Part shown: one piece after another, positions 9,231 to 17,563 of the stretch | How the letters are laid out: every line of letters starts with the position of its first letter | Numbering within the stretch: position 1 is the stretch's first letter | DNA from: Silvanigrellaceae bacterium | GTDB taxonomy: Bacteria > Bdellovibrionota_B > Oligoflexia > Silvanigrellales > Silvanigrellaceae | Direction: 5' to 3' | Length of the DNA: 27,020 nt | Assembly (NCBI GenBank): GCA_049423385.1 | Contig: JBMSQQ010000046.1 | Span: 1-27,020 of the forward strand | Program-made: the position numbers and the translations under genes | Notes under the pieces: model-generated | Databases searched by the model: none | What the model was told of the DNA's origin: nothing | Seen by the model: the letters and a program-made list of their open reading frames with translations, nothing else

Positions 9231-10481
9231 ATGACGAACGAGCAAATTTTAATACTGGTCCTTGTGGCATTGATTGTTGGTGCTGGCGCTTTCCTGCTCG
9301 GCAAACGGAGCGGCAACAGGTCACTGCCAACCGCGAAAGAGCAACGAATTCCTGGTCAAGCCGGGGTATCACAAGCACAAGAACGAGAAAATCTTGATGA
9401 GCAACGAGAACGCCAGGTTGCTGCTCCTCTGGAGGTGCAGGCCGCGACTCGGCCAGGCGTCGAGGAAGCTGTGGCTGCGACGAGTTGGTTGAGCCGCTTG
9501 TCCACCGGCCTGAGCAAAACCCAACAGCACCTGGTCAGACAACTGGATTCGTTGTTCACAAGCACCGCAGATAAAGCATCCCGTGAGGCCATACTCGATG
9601 GAATGCTCGAGATCCTCGTGCGTGCAGATGTCGGCATTCGCACAGCAGAGTCTCTGATCGAAAAAGTTCGACACGAGCTTCCCGGTGATGATCTTTCCGA
9701 TGCGCAAGCCGTGAAAGGTGTTCTGCGCAAGGAAATTCTGAGAATGTTGAGCGTCGATAAACAATGGAGTCTTGTCCCGGAAGGAAACACGGGAACACCA
9801 ACCGTGGTCTTGATGGTCGGCGTCAATGGTGTTGGCAAAACGACAACAACAGGCAAGCTGGCTTTCAAGGAACGTCAGGCCGGCAAAAGCGTGATTGTTG
9901 GTGCGGCCGACACTTTTCGTGCAGCGGCAGTGGATCAATTGGAAGAGTGGGCCAAACGCGCGGGCGCCGAGTGTGTGCGTCTGACGGAAGGAGCCGACCC
10001 TGCCTCGGTTGCATTTGAATGTGTGAAGCGGGCTGTAACTCAACAAACCCAGCTCTGCCTCATCGACACTGCAGGACGTCTGCACAACCGCCAGGACTTG
10101 ATGCAGGAGTTGGGTAAAATTCGTCGGGTGGCAAGCAAAGACGTGCCAGGAGCACCCCATGAAGTGCTGTTGGTTCTTGATGCCACAACGGGACAAAATG
10201 CGCTTCAGCAGGCCAAATCATTCCGCGAAGTCGCTGGCGTCACTGGGCTCGTGTTGACCAAGCTCGACGGCACCGCCAAAGGTGGCGTGGCGATCGCCTT
10301 GGCCAGCGAATTGGGCTTGCCAATCCGCTACATTGGTGTTGGAGAAAGCGTCGACGATTTGCAGCTCTTCAAGGCCGACGAGTTTGTTGACGCACTCTTC
10401 ACTCCGGGCCATTCCGCGACGCAGGAGCAGACGATGCTGAGAGGTTTGCCGGGCAAAGAACAGCCCAAAGGATTCAGTTGA
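9231..10481 (+). CDS. ftsY: Signal recognition particle receptor FtsY with N-terminal TM anchor
   Basis: GVNGVGKTTT (G1), DTFRAAA, DTAGRLH (G3), TKLDGTAKGG (G4), IGVGE..DDL. ATG 9231 is preferred over TTG 9222. Confidence 0.97.
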   Translation: MTNEQILILVLVALIVGAGAFLLGKRSGNRSLPTAKEQRIPGQAGVSQAQERENLDEQRERQVAAPLEVQAATRPGVEEAVAATSWLSRLSTGLSKTQQHLVRQLDSLFTSTADKASREAILDGMLEILVRADVGIRTAESLIEKVRHELPGDDLSDAQAVKGVLRKEILRMLSVDKQWSLVPEGNTGTPTVVLMVGVNGVGKTTTTGKLAFKERQAGKSVIVGAADTFRAAAVDQLEEWAKRAGAECVRLTEGADPASVAFECVKRAVTQQTQLCLIDTAGRLHNRQDLMQELGKIRRVASKDVPGAPHEVLLVLDATTGQNALQQAKSFREVAGVTGLVLTKLDGTAKGGVAIALASELGLPIRYIGVGESVDDLQLFKADEFVDALFTPGHSATQEQTMLRGLPGKEQPKGFS

Positions 10482-11139
10482 CTTTGTCGTTTTCAATGGT
10501 CAAGGTTTGGCCTTCTTTGAGAACGACAGGAATGTGTTTGTAATCCATTCCGGTGGGAGTTGCCTGGCCACACAGTCCCACTTTCTGAACGCTCACGGGA
10601 AAGTCGATTTCGATTGGCAATGAGCCTGTTTCATTTGTGATGAACTTGGGATTTCCGCCAACACAAGCAGCCTCATCTTTCTCAATTCCAATGACCCGGG
10701 CAAGTTTGGCCACGGATGTGCTTTTCACAAGCACACGTGCAAATCCAGGAGCAATGGGTGCCACGGCCACATCGTTCTTGATGACGAGCTTTTGGTCCTT
10801 CTTCAGTTTCACTGGAACAAGCTTGTAGTCCATGCCCGTGGGAGTGGCTTGTCCACACAAGCCAATCTGAGTGACCGTCAGTGGGACTTCCATCACGATT
10901 TTTTCCGAGGGTTTTACAAACACAACGTGCTTGGGATTGCCACCCAAGCAATGTGCTTCATCTTTTTCAATGCCGATGACTCGCACAAGCTGTCGAACCG
11001 AGGTGCTTTCAACCACGACTGTTGCCTGATCGCCTTTTTCGGTGACTTCCTTGCTGCTGAGTGTGTTGTAGTTTCGATTGATGCAGCCAAATGCAACGAG
11101 CATTGGAATCGTCAGGGCAAGAGGAGTGATGATTTTCAT
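10474..11139 (-). CDS. Orphan lipoprotein (221 aa) with two tandem 85-aa domains
   Basis: True start is ATG 11139 (MKIITPLALTIPMLVAFG-C, lipobox-like). The longer ORF to 11484 runs antisense into the ftsY remnant. Internal duplication. Confidence 0.8.
   Translation of the reverse strand: MKIITPLALTIPMLVAFGCINRNYNTLSSKEVTEKGDQATVVVESTSVRQLVRVIGIEKDEAHCLGGNPKHVVFVKPSEKIVMEVPLTVTQIGLCGQATPTGMDYKLVPVKLKKDQKLVIKNDVAVAPIAPGFARVLVKSTSVAKLARVIGIEKDEAACVGGNPKFITNETGSLPIEIDFPVSVQKVGLCGQATPTGMDYKHIPVVLKEGQTLTIENDKVN
10486..11025 (-). repeat. Intragenic tandem duplication (units 11025-10771 and 10740-10486)
   Basis: Gapless manual alignment gives 51/85 identical aa, including RVIGIEKDEAxCxGGNPK and an invariant GLCGQATPTGMDYK. 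Confidence 0.95.
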
Positions 11140-11279
11140 GAGTGATGTGTCCCGCTGTTGTATTGTTGAGCTGAAGAATCTTCCATCAAGAATATCATTT
11201 TGAAACAACAATAACCCCTTGATTGAGGCATTTTTGGCGTTTTGATTGTCTCGAGGTGTTTTTACGCAAACGAGCTTGC

Positions 11280-11864
11280 CTCGATGGAATGCTCGAGATT
11301 CTCGTGCGGGCAGACGTCGGGATTCGCACAGCAGAGTCGCTAATCGAAAAAGTTCGACACGAACTTCCCGGTGAAGATCTTTCTGATGCGCAAGCCGTGA
11401 AAGGCGTTCTGCGCAAGGAAATTCTGAGAATGTTGAGCGTCGACAAACAATGGAGCCTTGTCCCGCAGTCAAACACGGGAACACCGACCGTGGTTTTGAT
11501 GGCGGGCGTCAATTGTGTTGGCACGGCCGTGGATCAATTGGAAGAGTGGGCCAAACGCGCGGGCGCCGAGTGTGAGCGTCTGATGGAAGGAGCCGACCCG
11601 GCCTCGGTTGATTTTGACTGTGTGAAGCGGGCTGTTTTTTAACAAACCCAGCTCTGCCTCATCGACACCGCCAAAGGTGGCGTGGCGATCGCCTTGGCCA
11701 GCGAATTGGGCTTGCCGATTCGTTACATTGGCGTGGGCGAAAGCGTCGATGATTTGCAGCTCTTCAAGGCCGATGAGTTTGTTGATGCGTTGTTCTCGTC
11801 TGAACGTTCGGCGATGATAAACAACCCTCAGCAGTCTGCAGGATTCAAGGAAGTGCAGTCTTGA
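11280..11864 (+). pseudogene. ftsY: Truncated, internally deleted second copy of the ftsY 3' region
   Basis: 11280-11523 aligns to 9594-9837, 11524-11668 to 9925-10069, and 11669-11795 to 10274-10400. No 5' part; deletions of 87 and 204 nt; CAA>TAA stop at 11640-11642; different C-terminal tail ending at TGA 11864. Confidence 0.93.
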
Positions 11865-12044
11865 GCATATGGTGAATGGCAGAACCTGAACGAGCGTAAT
11901 CGAAGCTTGACTCAGCTGTGTTCAAGAATTGAGTTTGGCTGCGACTTAAGCAGGTTTTTCGCGCATCAAATGCAACTTCTCAAGTTTATCCAATGAATGC
12001 CGTCCACTTATAGAATAAATGTCGACGACCCCGCGGAGGTGTCT

Positions 12045-13337
12045 GTGCGGCCAATATCGCGTCAAAAGCGACTTTTTTGGTTAAAAATCGTTTTGGCTCG
12101 TAGAACCCTGCTGTTCATCCATATTTTATTGGGCTGTTCATCCGCAATGAGCTTTTTGTCGGGCCGTTTGGGCAATCCAGGTGCGGGCGCAGAGAACGTT
12201 GCCAACAAAACAACCGGTGGTGAAATAGCCAATCAGCCCACCCCAGCCGGAACGGTCGCATCGAGCAACGATGAAAAAGAATTGCCCACGATTGAAGTTG
12301 CTGGTGTGAATCTCACCTCTGAATGTGTGGATCTCCAATTGTCCGGGAAAAATTCCGACAGCAAAGTGCTGCGTTGCGAGATTAAAACCGATTCAGATTC
12401 AGAATCATCGATGAAAGTTGGCAGGTTCACACTCAAAAATCTCAGGAGCAACAATATTGTTTCTGCCTCGGGAGTGGCCGGAGTCAAAGCTGCGCCTCCA
12501 GAAACCTGGCGCGTTTCAAGGAAATTGAGCATCGATGTGGAATTTGATGTTCCGGTGTTGGAAATTCAAGAGATGCGCAGTTTGCCCGCGAGTTTGATCC
12601 TGGAAAACGTGGTCTTGAACGGAGCACCTGTTGTTGAACCGGTCGTTTTCAAACCACTGGCCAGGGATTTCAGCATCCCGGATCCCCTTTGCGGGAGTGG
12701 AGTAGCTTCCATTGACTTCCAATCAACATTCAGGAGACAGACTGGCGAAACTCTGGATGGTACGGATTTCACGAGTGAGGTAAACATACCCGCTGCCAAG
12801 ACAGCGCTCGGCAATGCGACAATCTGTTCGGTCGAATTTCTCAACAACATTGTTTTGGATTTCGACGGAATCACGGTTTCAGAGTACCGTTTTGAAATGA
12901 CACTCGGAGGAGTCGACAATCTTCTCTTGACCAACATAGAAAACGTTGAAACCATTTTTGGCTTTCCTGCAATTTTCAATATGGGAAAGATTAAAAATCT
13001 GCCCACAAGAACGTCGCCCAATACAGAGTTGAAATATGGGGCTGACCTGACTCAATTGAGGAGTCAGATTGGGGGAGTGAAGCAATGGTGTGCTTTTGGC
13101 GTTCAGGATTGCTTTCTGACCGACCCTGGCAACCCAAGCCGGCTGACAATCAACTTGATGAATTTGCCGTCTTCGTATCTCGTCAAATTTGCCCGTTCAT
13201 TTCTGGGACTCGATGTTGCTGGAAGCCCTCTGACGCTTCAATTGCAGAAGGTTCCCCAGAACATTTCAGGCCGCGTAGCCGTCCTCAGCGCAGATCAGGT
13301 TTTGGATATCCGAGTCACTTATGTTCCCGCCCTCTGA
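12045..13337 (+). CDS. Hypothetical exported protein, possible lipoprotein
   Basis: ORF open from 11997, but GGAGG (12035-12039) precedes GTG 12045. Basic then hydrophobic N-terminus ending LLG-C, low-complexity linker, beta-rich body with several Cys. No family recognised. Confidence 0.65.
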   Translation: MRPISRQKRLFWLKIVLARRTLLFIHILLGCSSAMSFLSGRLGNPGAGAENVANKTTGGEIANQPTPAGTVASSNDEKELPTIEVAGVNLTSECVDLQLSGKNSDSKVLRCEIKTDSDSESSMKVGRFTLKNLRSNNIVSASGVAGVKAAPPETWRVSRKLSIDVEFDVPVLEIQEMRSLPASLILENVVLNGAPVVEPVVFKPLARDFSIPDPLCGSGVASIDFQSTFRRQTGETLDGTDFTSEVNIPAAKTALGNATICSVEFLNNIVLDFDGITVSEYRFEMTLGGVDNLLLTNIENVETIFGFPAIFNMGKIKNLPTRTSPNTELKYGADLTQLRSQIGGVKQWCAFGVQDCFLTDPGNPSRLTINLMNLPSSYLVKFARSFLGLDVAGSPLTLQLQKVPQNISGRVAVLSADQVLDIRVTYVPAL

Positions 13338-13516
13338 TGCCGCATGTAGTTGAATGTTTTTTTCAACATTTTGAATGGTTAATGGGGGATGGGCGGTGCC
13401 TGACCATTCCGTATCCAGAATGAGTTATTTTTTCGCGATGTTTTGCCGAACATGCAGAAAAAGAGGGAAGAGCCTCAGTCTCGTGGTCGGGGAGCGTTGT
13501 AGAGGATAACCAAGCC

Positions 13517-14848
13517 GTGAAGACCGAATGGGACAATCGGATTCTGGTGGTTTGCGACATCGGCGAAACGGCTGATGCGTTGCTGCGTGGCGTTGATTCG
13601 CTTCTTGGTTCCGCTGAAGGGCTTGCGCCGGAACTTCTCAAAGAGGCACCGCTCAAGGTCGTCGCCTCAGCTGACGTTGCGAAACTCAAATATCGCTTCC
13701 AGAATGGAAAATGTCCTGTTGGTATTTTGCTGGTTTCAGAAAACAAGGATTCAACCGTTGAACAAACCAAGGGCCTAACAAACGATTCCTCAAACTCGCG
13801 CAGTCTGGAAGGACTGATATGCGAACTTGACGGGACGTTCTCCAAATCCATATTCCAGCGCACGTTGGTGATGACCAACCGTCTGGATCATTCGTCACTG
13901 CGCTTTCTGGGTGAGTTTGGAATCAAAACCGCGCAGTTGGTGAATGACCTTCGTTCACCCGCAGAACCTGAATGCCGCAAGCTTTTTGGCAAATTGTTGT
14001 CTGTCATCGGCAGTTGTTCATTTGCCGAATATCAGAACCTCTGGCTTGATGATGAAAAACTCGCATTCAAATTGGAAAATTGGCAGACCCTTGCAGAAAA
14101 CGAAAAATCGGTCTTGGAAAAATCATTGCGCGGAACGTTGGGCAGCGAGCTGTTTGGGAAATTCAAGGACCTGCGCGAATCACTTCGGGACGACTCGAAA
14201 AACACCTTTCTCAAGGCAGTGCTCGAACTTCTGGGCGGTCGTCCTGATCATTTCAATGCCCAATGTCTATTGGCCGCTGTGCGCATCCGGCAAGGGGATT
14301 GTGGCGATGCAGTGCAGACACTTTTGCGTTTGAACACTCTGAGCCCCAGGAACCCGCTGCGACACACACAGCTGGGTCGTTGCTACATTCAGTTGAACCG
14401 TATGGAACTTGCAGAGCATGCTTTTGTCGACGCACTTTCTTTGGATCGTCATCAGAAAGAAGCGCGTATGGAATTGTGCCGCATGAAGCTTGCCAGCCGC
14501 GATTTGCAGGCCGTAGACCAGTTGATTCGCAAGACTGATGACCCGATTTTGCTTGCGAAATTCTACAACTCAATGGGAATTGTCAGTGTCCGTGAAGGCA
14601 GGATGGGCGAAGCCGTAGGTTATTATCTTATGGCCCATGATGCAGTTCTGAATTCAGAAGAACAATTCAAGATTCTTGTGAACATGGGTATTGCCTACGC
14701 AAAGTGGGGTAAATTTGCGGAGGCAAATTATTACGCCGGAATTGCGGCCGCGTTGAACCCTTCCTCGCAGACACTGGCGCGTTTGAAATCAATACTTGAG
14801 CTGCGCGAGGAGAATATTTTCCGACAGGATTCCACATATGAAATATGA
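13517..14848 (+). CDS. Tetratricopeptide repeat protein with a possible degenerate receiver-like N-terminus
   Basis: TPR-like segments (SPRNPLRHTQLGRCYIQL, FYNSMGIVSVREGRMGEAVGYY, ILVNMGIAYAKWGKFAEA); GTG start with AGAGGA upstream. Confidence 0.8.
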   Translation: MKTEWDNRILVVCDIGETADALLRGVDSLLGSAEGLAPELLKEAPLKVVASADVAKLKYRFQNGKCPVGILLVSENKDSTVEQTKGLTNDSSNSRSLEGLICELDGTFSKSIFQRTLVMTNRLDHSSLRFLGEFGIKTAQLVNDLRSPAEPECRKLFGKLLSVIGSCSFAEYQNLWLDDEKLAFKLENWQTLAENEKSVLEKSLRGTLGSELFGKFKDLRESLRDDSKNTFLKAVLELLGGRPDHFNAQCLLAAVRIRQGDCGDAVQTLLRLNTLSPRNPLRHTQLGRCYIQLNRMELAEHAFVDALSLDRHQKEARMELCRMKLASRDLQAVDQLIRKTDDPILLAKFYNSMGIVSVREGRMGEAVGYYLMAHDAVLNSEEQFKILVNMGIAYAKWGKFAEANYYAGIAAALNPSSQTLARLKSILELREENIFRQDSTYEI

Positions 14849-16340
14849 CAAGACGAACAGCGAACCTGCGCGCCATCGCGCGGAACGAGGGCCGGGAACC
14901 CTGGCTGGAATTGACGTGTGGCTGGTGGAAGCAGAGCAATCAACGCTTGAATTGTATCGCCGGTTGTTGGTTCAAGCGGGTGCAAGTGTCACATGTTTTG
15001 AAAGTGCATCTGCATTTTTGCGCCCGTTTGCTGAAGCTCCTGTGGGTGTGGATGAAATGGCAAAAAGGCCCGACGTTGTGCTGGTGGATCTCGTTCTTCC
15101 GGATGACTCCGGGGTGGCGGTGATTGAATTCTGCCGACAACACTGGCCCATGGTTCCCACATTGGCTTTCAGCACGTTTGCAAGTGTGGAGGACGCTGTG
15201 TCGGCCATGCAGGCGGGCGCATGCAATTATATACGCAAGCCCGTGCACCTTGAAGATCTTGTTGTCGAGACAGGAAAAGCGCTCAGGCACGCCGAGTTTT
15301 TGGGGCGGCATCAAAGCCTTCAAGACTCCTTCAGGATCCTCAATATTGCCCGTTCTTTGGCTGTTGTTCCCGACCGAAAAGAGTTGCTCAAGGCTTTCAT
15401 CCGCTCGCTTTCCAAAGAAATCAAACTGAGCGAGGGTTTTGCTTTTCTTTATGACGCCAATCTCACTTTCCCGGAGTTTTTGCTCGACTTGCGGCAGGGA
15501 GGCGTGTCACGCAGAGAGCCCTTTGAATTCGTGCAAAAGTTTATAGTCCCTGTGCTTGCCGACAAGAAAAACACTTCTCATGCATTGGTCACGGGGAATC
15601 TTGCGGAGGTGATTCATCCTGCGATTTCCGTCACGCCTGATCAACGCTTCATCATTGTCGAGTTTGGCACCCATTCCGGAAACCGCGGAATTGTCGTTTT
15701 CTCGCCCTCTGATCTCAATTCAAGCGCAGTGCTGGCCCGGCTCGGTGAACTCGACCCGATGCTTGACCAGACAGGCCGTTCCTTCCAAAACCTGGACACC
15801 GTCGCGTCAATGCTGTTGGTCGACGAGTTGACGGGTCTTTATAACCAAAGGTTCATGAAAGTCGCACTGAATCAGGAGGTGGCCCGTTGCCAACGTTACG
15901 GCGGGCACGTTTCGTTGATGTTCATCGACCTCGACAAGTTCAAGTCGATCAATGACACGCATGGTCACATTGTGGGATCGGAGATGATCAAGAGGGCAGC
16001 CCGTATCTTGCGTGATTCCGTTCGTGATTCCGACTCCCTCCTTCGTTATGGTGGAGACGAGTTTTGTGCGATTTTGCCGAACACCAACCTGGAAGGAGCA
16101 TTCACCCTTGCGGAGCGCATCCGCAGCTCATTCGAAAAGTCGGTGCTCGATTTGAGTTCCGTTTCCGGAGTTGCTTCGGCGCGACAATTGAACGTCACGG
16201 CAAGCATCGGCGTGGCCAGTTTTCCCCAATGTGCAGAATCGGCAATTGAGCTCGTCAACGCTGCCGACGCTGCAATGTATGATTCCAAGCGTTCGGGCAG
16301 GAATCGAGTCAGTGTATTCAACAGGAAGAATGCAGCTTGA
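14838..16340 (+). CDS. Response-regulator diguanylate cyclase (REC - linker/GAF-like - GGDEF)
   Basis: REC: DVVLVDLVLPDDSG, AMQAGACNYIRKP. GGDEF: DELTGLYNQR, DLDKFKSINDTHGHIVG, RYGGDEF with RDSD I-site, VTASIGVA. ATG 14838 overlaps the TPR gene stop. Confidence 0.95.
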   Translation: MKYDKTNSEPARHRAERGPGTLAGIDVWLVEAEQSTLELYRRLLVQAGASVTCFESASAFLRPFAEAPVGVDEMAKRPDVVLVDLVLPDDSGVAVIEFCRQHWPMVPTLAFSTFASVEDAVSAMQAGACNYIRKPVHLEDLVVETGKALRHAEFLGRHQSLQDSFRILNIARSLAVVPDRKELLKAFIRSLSKEIKLSEGFAFLYDANLTFPEFLLDLRQGGVSRREPFEFVQKFIVPVLADKKNTSHALVTGNLAEVIHPAISVTPDQRFIIVEFGTHSGNRGIVVFSPSDLNSSAVLARLGELDPMLDQTGRSFQNLDTVASMLLVDELTGLYNQRFMKVALNQEVARCQRYGGHVSLMFIDLDKFKSINDTHGHIVGSEMIKRAARILRDSVRDSDSLLRYGGDEFCAILPNTNLEGAFTLAERIRSSFEKSVLDLSSVSGVASARQLNVTASIGVASFPQCAESAIELVNAADAAMYDSKRSGRNRVSVFNRKNAA

Positions 16341-16487
16341 TTAAAAAAGGTGCATGTAAAAGCTTTTTTTCAGCCGGCTTCCCCTCAACACTTTTCTTCA
16401 ATCAATTAAATCTTTCCTGTGAAGAGGAATTCAATTAGAGCTTTCATTGTGCAGCAGATGTACCTGTGAATGAAAGGTCGTGTCGCA

Positions 16488-17500
16488 TGAACTCAAGTTG
16501 GGCAACGCTTCCGCTCCCGAACGGCTCGCTCTCCACCATGATTGCTGCACGACTCTCGGCGAAACACGTGCTGCCGATGATGTCGACTCCATTCAAGGTT
16601 TCTCTGGGGGATGGGAGCATTCTCACCGGAGAAATAGATTGCCTTAGCAATTCCAATCCCAAGGCCAACATTATTTTGGTGCATGGGCTTGGCAGTTCCT
16701 GCCATGACCCATCCATTGTCAGGCAAGCTCGTTTTCTGGCCCAAAGAAACTTCAAGGTCTTTCGCCTGAATCACCGCAACATCGGTTCGGGCAAGGGGAA
16801 GGCATTGGGTTTTTACCATGGATTTCGGGGGCCAGACATCAAGGAAGCTCTGGCGGATCTGCATAAAAGAGAACCCGGTGCCCGGTGGATTCTGGTCGGT
16901 CACTCCATGTCGGGCAACATGGTTTTGAAGATTGCCGGGGTGAAGGAGCATGCCGATGAATTGAAAAGCATGGGGTGTGTGGGTGTTTCGGCGATCAGTC
17001 CGGTGGTGGATTTGCGCAGGTCAAGCCGCTCGATGCACAAGCCGATGTTTGGCCTGTTCAACACGCTGTTTCTGAAAAAAATCAACGCTTATATCCGTCG
17101 CCTCGACAATGTTGACGAGTCCTTGAAGACTGCGGCAAGGGGAGCGAAAAAACTGTTCGAGTTCGATGAACTGTTCTTGGCCCCAGCCTTGGGTTTGCCC
17201 GGCGCGCAAGCATATTACGACTTGGCATCAAGCAAAGACGTTCTCGATGAAATCCAAATCCAAACCGAGATCTTTTTGGCGAAAGACGACCCGATTGCTC
17301 CCGGCACCTACAAAATTCTTCAACAAACAAAAAACCCGAATCTGCGCATTCATGCGTCTCGATTCGGGGGGCATCTGGGCTTTCTTCGCTTCGACTTCAA
17401 AGCGCGGAAATTCAACTTCTTCATTGATGAGTTGCTGGGAAAGACTTGTGACCAGATGATCGCCAATGTCCCGGTTCCGGGCGAAATTCCCCCGCAGTGA
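16488..17500 (+). CDS. YheT-like alpha/beta hydrolase
   Basis: LVHGLGSS, FRLNHR, GHSMSG nucleophile elbow, LFEFDE...AP..G...A.AYY..AS, AKDDP, GGHLGF. ORF open from GTG 16466; ATG 16488 follows GAAAGG. Confidence 0.9.
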
Positions 17501-17563
17501 AAAAACTGCACGGTTGGCAGAGTCAATCTCGCTGGAATTCCGGCCGGGAAAACCTTCAAGCGA

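Noticed and set aside
11140..11484. N-terminal 115 aa of the 336-aa minus ORF
   Set aside because: Mostly antisense to the ftsY remnant; the lipoprotein signal begins at ATG 11139.
9594..11795. ftsY/remnant pair as a diversity-generating retroelement TR/VR
   Set aside because: Mismatches are not adenine-specific and are mostly third-position synonymous; no reverse transcriptase in the window.
13349..13452. Hairpins and a GCCGAACA sigma-28-like -10 upstream of the TPR gene
   Set aside because: Stems are short or large-looped with no convincing U-tract, and there is no matching -35.
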